Of a stretch of 64,000 bases of DNA, positions 56,301-64,000 are shown in pieces (position 1 is the first letter of the stretch; every line of letters starts with the position of its first letter). The position numbers were made by a program, and so were the translations under genes. This DNA comes from Eledone cirrhosa. Lineage: Eukaryota. The DNA lies in contig OZ024740.1 in NCBI GenBank assembly GCA_964016885.1, positions 419,988,001 through 420,052,000 of the forward strand, in the 5' to 3' direction. A model generated the notes under the pieces. It was not told where the DNA came from and ran no database searches. It worked only from the letters and a program-made list of their open reading frames with translations.

Positions 56301-59300
56301 GTAGATCTAGTCCTTATATCTGGATATGTAGAAGATCTAGTCCTTATATCTAGATATGTAGATCTAGTCCTTATATCTGGATATGTAGATCTAGTCCGTA
56401 TATCTGGATATGTAGATCTAGTCCTTATATCTAGATATGTAGATCTAGTCCTTATATCTAGATATGTAGATCTAGTCCTTATATCTAGATATGTAGATCT
56501 AGTCCTTATATCTGGATATGTAGATCTAGTCCTTATACCTGGATATGTAGATCTAGTTCTTATATCTGGATATGTAGAAGATCTAGTCCTTATATCTAGA
56601 TATGTAGATCTAGTCCTTATACCTGGATATGTAGATCTAGTCCTTATATCTGGATATGTAGAAGATCTAGTCCTTATATCTGGATATGTAGATCTAGTCC
56701 TTATATCTAGATATGTAGATCTAGTCCTTATATCTGGATATGTAGAAGATCTAGTCCTTATATCTAGATATGTAGATCTAGTCCTTATATCTGGATATGT
56801 AGATCTAGTCCTTATATCTGGATATGTAGATCTAGTCCTTATATCTGGATATGTAGATCTAGTCCTTATATCTAGATATGTAGATCTAGTCCTTATACCT
56901 GGATATGTAGATCTAGTCCTTATATCTGGATATGTAGAAGATCTAGTCCTTATATCTAGATATGTAGATCTAGTCCTTATATCTGGATATGTAGATCTAG
57001 TCCTTATATCTAGATATGTAGATCTAGTCCTTATATCTGGATATGTAGATCTAGTGCTTATGTCTAGATATGTAGATCTAGTCTTTATATCTAGATATAT
57101 AGATCTAGTCCTTATATCTAGATATGTAGATCTAGTCCTTATATCTAGATATGTAGATCTAGTCCTTATATCTAGATATGTAGATCTAGTCCTTATACCT
57201 GGATATGTAGAAGATCTAGTCCTTATATCTGGATATGTAGATCTAGTCCTTATATCTAGATATGTAGAAGATCTAGTCCTTATATCTGGATATGTAGAAG
57301 ATCTAGTCCTTATATCTGGATATGTAGAAGATCTAGTCCTTATATCTGGATATGTAGAAGATCTAGTCCTTATATCTAGATATGTATATCTAGTCCTTAT
57401 ATCTAGATATGTAGATCTAGTCCTTATATCTAGATATATAGATCTAGTCCTTATATCTAGATATGTAGATCTGCTCCTTATATCTGGATATGTAGAAGAT
57501 CTAGTCCTTATATCTGGATATGTAAATCTAGTCCTTATATCTAGATATGTAGAAGATCTAGTCCTTATATCTGGATATGTAGATCTAGTCCTTATATCTG
57601 GATATGTAGAAGATCTAGTCCTTATATCTGGATATGTAGTAGATCTAGTCCTTATATCTGGATATGTAGAAGATCTAGTCCTTATATCTAGATATGTATA
57701 TCTAGTCCTTATATCTAGATATGTAGATCTAGTCCTTATATCTAGATATGTAGATCTAGTCCTTATATCTAGATATGTAGATCTAGTCCTTATATCTGGA
57801 TATGTAGATCTAGTCCTTATATCTAGATATGTAGAAGATCTAGTCCTTATATCTGGATATGTAGATCTAGTCCTTATATCTGGATATGTAGAAGATCTAG
57901 TCCTTATATCTGGATATGTAGAAGATCTAGTCCTTATATCTGGATATGTAGAAGATCTAGTCCTTATATCTGGATATGTAGAAGATCTAGTCCTTATATC
58001 TAGATATGTATATCTAGTCCTTATATCTAGATATGTAGATCTAGTCCTTATATCTAGATATATAGATCTAGTCCTTATATCTAGATATGTAGATCTGCTC
58101 CTTATATCTGGATATGTAGAAGATCTAGTCCTTATATCTGGATATGTAGATCTAGTCCTTATATCTAGATATGTAGATCTAGTCCTTATATCTAGATATG
58201 TAGATCTAGTCCTTATATCTGGATATGTAGAAGTTCTAGTCCTTATATCTGGATATGTAGAAGATCTAGTCCTTATATCTGGATATGTAGAAGATCTAGT
58301 CCTTATATCTAGATATGTAGGTCTAGTCCTTATATTTAGATATGTAGATCTAGTCCTTATATCTGGATATGTAGAAGATCTAGTCCTTATATCTGGATAT
58401 GTAGAAGATCTAGTCCTTATATCTAGATATGTAGGTCTAGTCCTTATATTTAGATATGTAGATCTAGTCCTTATATCTGGATATGTAGAAGATCTAGTCC
58501 TTATATCTGGATATGTAGATCTAGTCCTTATACCTGGATATGTAGATCTAGTCCTTATACCTGGATATGTAGATCTAGTCCTTATATCTGGATATGTAGA
58601 AGATCTAGTCCTTATATCTAGATATGTAGATCTAGTTCTTATATCTAGATATGTAGATCTAGTCCTTATATCTGGATATGTAGAAGATCTAGTCCTTATA
58701 TCTAGATATGTAGATCTAGTCCTTATATCTGGATATGTAGATCTAGTCCTTATATCTGGATATGTAGATCTAGTCCTTATATCTGGATATGTAGATCTAG
58801 TCCTTATACCTGGATATGTAGATCTAGTCCTTATATCTAGATATGTAGATCTAGTCCTTATATCTGGATATGTAGAAGATCTAGTCCTTATATCTAGATA
58901 TGTAGATCTAGTCCTTATATCTAGATATGTAGATCTAGTCCTTATATCTGGATATGTAGAAGATCTAGTCCTTATATCTAGATATGTAGATCTAGTCCTT
59001 ATATCTGGATATGTAGATCTAGTCCTTATACCTGGATATGTAGAAGATCTAGTCCTTATATCTAGATATGTAGATCTAGTCCTTATATCTGGATATGTAG
59101 ATCTAGTCCTTATATCTAGATATGTAGATCTAGTCCTTATATCTGGATATGTAGATCTAGTGCTTATGTCTAGATATGTAGATCTAGTCTTTATATCTAG
59201 ATATATAGATCTAGTCCTTATATCTAGATATGTAGATCTAGTCCTTATATCTAGATATGTAGATCTAGTCCTTATATCTAGATATGTAGAAGATCTAGTC

Positions 59301-62300
59301 CTTATATCTAGATATGTAGATCTAGTCCTTATATCTAGATATGTAGATCTAGTCCTTATACCTGGATATGTAGAAGATCTAGTCCTTATATCTGGATATG
59401 TAGATCTAGTCCTTATATCTAGATATGTAGAAGATCTAGTCCTTATATCTGGATATGTAGAAGATCTAGTCCTTATATCTGGATATGTAGAAGATCTAGT
59501 CCTTATATCTGGATATGTAGAAGATCTAGTCCTTATATCTGGATATGTAGAAGATCTAGTCCTTATATCTAGATATGTATATCTAGTCCTTATATCTAGA
59601 TATGTAGATCTAGTCCTTATATCTAGATATGTAGATCTAGTCCTTATATCTAGATATGTAGATCTAGTCCTTATATCTAGATATGTAGATCTAGTCCTTA
59701 TATCTGGATATGTAGATCTAGTCCTTATATCTAGATATGTAGAAGATCTAGTCCTTATATCTGGATATGTAGATCTAGTCCTTATATCTGGATATGTAGA
59801 TCTAGTCCTTATATCTGGATATGTAGATCTAGTGCTTATGTCTAGATATGTAGATCTAGTCTTTATATCTAGATATATAGATCTAGTCCTTATATCTAGA
59901 TATGTAGATCTAGTCCTTATATCTAGATATGTAGATCTAGTCCTTATATCTAGATATGTAGAAGATCTAGTCCTTATATCTAGATATGTAGATCTAGTCC
60001 TTATATCTAGATATGTAGATCTAGTCCTTATACCTGGATATGTAGAAGATCTAGTCCTTATATCTGGATATGTAGATCTAGTCCTTATATCTAGATATGT
60101 AGAAGATCTAGTCCTTATATCTGGATATGTAGAAGATCTAGTCCTTATATCTGGATATGTAGAAGATCTAGTCCTTATATCTGGATATGTAGATCTAGTC
60201 CTTATATCTAGATATGTAGAAGATCTAGTCCTTATATCTGGATATGTAGATCTAGTCCTTATATCTGGATATGTAGAAGATCTAGTCCTTATATCTGGAT
60301 ATGTAGAAGATCTAGTCCTTGTATCTGGATATGTAGAAGATCTAGTCCTTATATCTGGATATGTAGAAGATCTAGTCCTTATATCTAGATAAGTATATCT
60401 AGTCCTTATATCTAGATATGTAGATCTAGTCCTTATATCTAGATATATAGATCTAGTCCTTATATCTAGATATGTAGATCTGCTCCTTATATCTGGATAT
60501 GTAGAAGATCTAGTCCTTATATCTGGATATGTAAATCTAGTCCTTATATCTAGATATGTAGAAGATCTAGTCCTTATATCTGGATATGTAGATCTAGTCC
60601 TTATATCTGGATATGTAGAAGATCTAGTCCTTATATCTGGATATGTAGAAGATCTAGTCCTTATATCTGGATATGTAGAAGATCTAGTCCTTATATCTAG
60701 ATATGTATATCTAGTCCTTATATCTAGATATGTAGATCTAGTCCTTATATCTAGATATGTAGATCTAGTCCTTATATCTAGATATGTAGATCTAGTCCTT
60801 ATATCTGGATATGTAGAAGTTCTAGTCCTTATATCTGGATATGTAGAAGATCTAGTCCTTATATCTGGATATGTAGAAGATCTAGTCCTTATATCTAGAT
60901 ATGTAGATCTAGTCCTTATATTTAGATATGTAGATCTAGTCCTTATATCTGGATATGTAGAAGATCTAGTCCTTATATCTGGATATGTAGATCTAGTCCT
61001 TATACCTGGATATGTAGATCTAGTCCTTATACCTGGATATGTAGATCTAGTCCTTATATCTAGATATGTAGATCTAGTCCTTATATCTGGATATGTAGAA
61101 GATCTAGTCCTTATATCTAGATATGTAGATCTAGTTTTTATATCTAGATATGTAGATCTAGTCCTTATATCTAGATATGTAGATCTTGTCCTTATATCTA
61201 GATATGTAGATCTAGTCCTTATATCTGGATATGTAGAATATCTAGTCCTTATATCTGGATATGTAGAAGATCCAGTCCTTATATCTGGATATGTAGAAGA
61301 TCTAGTCCTTATATCTGGATATGTAGAACATCTAGTCCTTATATCTGGATATGTAGAAGATCTAGTCCTTATATCTAGATATGTAGATCTAGTCCTTATA
61401 TCTGGATATGTAGAGCATCTAGTCCTTATATCTGGATATGTAGAAGATCTAGTCCTTATATCTAGATATGTAGATCTAGTCCTTATATCTGGATATGTAG
61501 AAGATCTAGTCCTTATATCTAGATATTTAGATCTAGTCCTTATATCTAGATATGTAGATCTAGTCCTTATATCTGGATATGTAGATCTAGTCCTTATATC
61601 TGGATATGTAGATCTAGTCCTTATACCTGGATATGTAGATCTAGTCTTTATATCTAGATATGTAGATCTAGTCCTTATATCTGGATATGTAGAAGATCTA
61701 GTCCTTATATCTAGATATGTAGATCTAGTCCTTATATCTGGATATGTAGAAGATCTAGTCCTTATATCTGGATATGTAGATCTAGTCCTTATATCTGGAT
61801 ATTTAGATCTAGTCCTTATATCTGGATATGTAGAAGATCTAGTCCTTATATCTGGATATGTAGAAGATCTAGTCCTTATATCTAGATATGTAGAAGATCT
61901 AGTCCTTATATCTAGATATGTAGATCTAGTCCTTATATCTAGATATGTAGATCTAGTCCTTATATCTAGATATGTAGATCTAGTCCTTATATCTAGATAT
62001 GTACATCTAGTCCTTATATCTGGATATGTAGATCTAGTCCTTATATCTGGATATGTAGAAGATCTAGTCCTTATATCTAGATATGTAGAAGATCTAGTCC
62101 TTATATCTAGATATGTAGAAGATCTAGTCCTTATATCTAGATATGTAGATCTAGTCCTTATATCTAGATATGTAGATCTAGTCCTTATATCTGGATATGT
62201 AGATCTAGTCCTTATATCTAGATATGTAGATCTAGTCCTTATATCTGGATATGTAGAAGGTCTAGTCCTTATATCTGGATATGTAGAACATCTAGTCCTT

Positions 62301-64000
62301 ATATCTGGATATGTAGAACATCTAGTCCTTATATCTGGATATGTAGAAGATCTAGTCCTTATATCTAGATATGTAGATCTAGTCCTTATATCTAGATATG
62401 TAGATCTAGTCCTTATATCTGGATATGTAGAAGATCTAGTCCTTATATCTAGATATGTAGATCTAGTCCTTATATCTAGATATGTAGATCTAGTCCTTAT
62501 ATCTGGATATGTAGAAGATCTAGTCCTTATATCTGGATATGTAGAAGATCTAGTCCTTACATCTGGATATGTAGAAGATCTAGTCCTTATATCTAGATAT
62601 GTAGATCTAGTCCTTATATCTAGATATGTAGATCTAGTCCTTATATCTGGATATGTAGAAGATCTAGTCCTTATATCTAGATATGTAGATCTAGTCCTTA
62701 TATCTGGATATGTAGAAGATCTAGTCCTTATATCATGATATGTAGATCTAGTTCTTATATCTAGATATGTAGATCTAGTCCTTATATCTGGATATGTAGA
62801 AGATCTAGTCCTTATATCTAGATATGTAGATCTAGTTCTTATATCTAGATATGCAGATCTAGTCCTTATATCTAGATATGTAGATCTAGTCCTTATATCT
62901 AGATATGTAGATCTAGTCCTTATATCTAGATATGTAGATCTAGTCCTTATATCTAGATATGTAGATCTAGTTCTTATATCTAGATATGCAGATCTAGTCC
63001 TTATATCTAGATATGTAGATCTTGTCCTTATATCTAGATATGTAGATCTAGTCCTTATATCTGGATATGTAGAATATCTAGTCCTTATATCTGGATATGT
63101 AGAAGATCCAGTCCTTATATCTGGATATGTAGAAGATCTAGTCCTTATATCTGGATATGTAGAACATCTAGTCCTTATATCTGGATATGTAGAAGATCTA
63201 GTCCTTATATCTAGATATGTAGATCTAGTCCTTATATCTGGATATGTAGAGCATCTAGTCCTTATATCTGGATATGTAGAAGATCTAGTCCTTATATCTA
63301 GATATGTAGATCTAGTCCTTATATCTGGATATGTAGAAGATCTAGTCCTTATATCTAGATATTTAGATCTAGTCCTTATATCTTGATATGTAGAAGATCT
63401 AGTCCTTATATCTAGATATGTAGATCTAGTCCTTATATCTGGATATGTAGATCTAGTCCTTATATCTGGATATGTAGATCTAGTCCTTATACCTGGATAT
63501 GTAGATCTAGTCTTTATATCTAGATATGTAGATCTAGTCCTTATATCTGGATATGTAGAAGATCTAGTCCTTATATCTAGATATGTAGATCTAGTCCTTA
63601 TATCTGGATATGTAGAAGATCTAGTCCTTATATCTGGATATGTAGATCTAGTCCTTATATCTGGATATTTAGATCTAGTCCTTATATCTGGATATGTAGA
63701 AGATCTAGTCCTTATATCTGGATATGTAGAAGATCTAGTCCTTATATCTAGATATGTAGAAGATCTAGTCCTTATATCTAGATATGTAGATCTAGTCCTT
63801 ATATCTAGATATGTAGATCTAGTCCTTATATCTAGATATGTAGATCTAGTCCTTATATCTAGATATGTACATCTAGTCCTTATATCTGGATATGTAGATC
63901 TAGTCCTTATATCTGGATATGTAGAAGATCTAGTCCTTATATCTAGATATGTAGAAGATCTAGTCCTTATATCTAGATATGTAGAAGATCTAGTCCTTAT
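44325..64000. repeat. 27/30/21-bp tandem minisatellite array, more than 19.6 kb and about 700 copies, truncated by the window end; derived from the RT catalytic-motif region
   Basis: Unit GATCTAGTCCTTATATCT[G/A]GATATGTA(GAA), with occasional 21-bp units lacking ATATCT. The first unit, GATTTAATCCTTATATCTGGACATGTA, overlaps the LINE codons D-L-I-L-I. Confidence 0.99.

Noticed and set aside
50241-60392. The 3383-aa ORF (also 44193-47285, 47282-47476 and minus-strand 50888-54304) as annotated CDS
   Set aside because: Starts and stops are sporadic point variants inside a tandem array, with no promoter, splice or expression evidence. Kept only as a frame-preservation finding.
1-64000. CRISPR array or telomeric-repeat interpretation of the arrays (including GGGTTA/GGGTTAG in the 49-bp unit)
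   Set aside because: The units are head-to-tail with no unique spacers and no cas genes. The GGGTTA hexamer is the TIR/TTAA junction and occurs once per unit, not as (TTAGGG)n.

Overview
Eukaryotic, AT-rich, almost entirely non-coding DNA. From memory, the SINE, MITE and RTE-LINE relics resemble Octopus/cephalopod repeats; no database check was possible. About 94% of the window is three unrelated giant tandem arrays: a 60-bp array (1-5413, runs off the left end), a 49-bp array (6732-42082, about 720 copies) and a 27/30/21-bp array (44325-64000, about 700 copies, runs off the right end). Two short unique islands separate them and hold decayed transposon pieces, microsatellites and a few candidate small exons. 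The long ORFs in the track are translations of repeats, not supported genes. The main observation is that the seeds of the arrays are still visible in place. The 27/30-bp unit is the amplified catalytic-motif region (YADDLVLI-like) of an RTE reverse-transcriptase pseudogene, and it stays in the RT frame for about 19.7 kb. The 49-bp unit is the right terminal inverted repeat plus TTAA target site of a piggyBac-like MITE, with flank. The 60-bp unit begins at a candidate minus-strand splice donor. There are no prokaryotic features (no CRISPR, operons, rRNA or tRNA genes).
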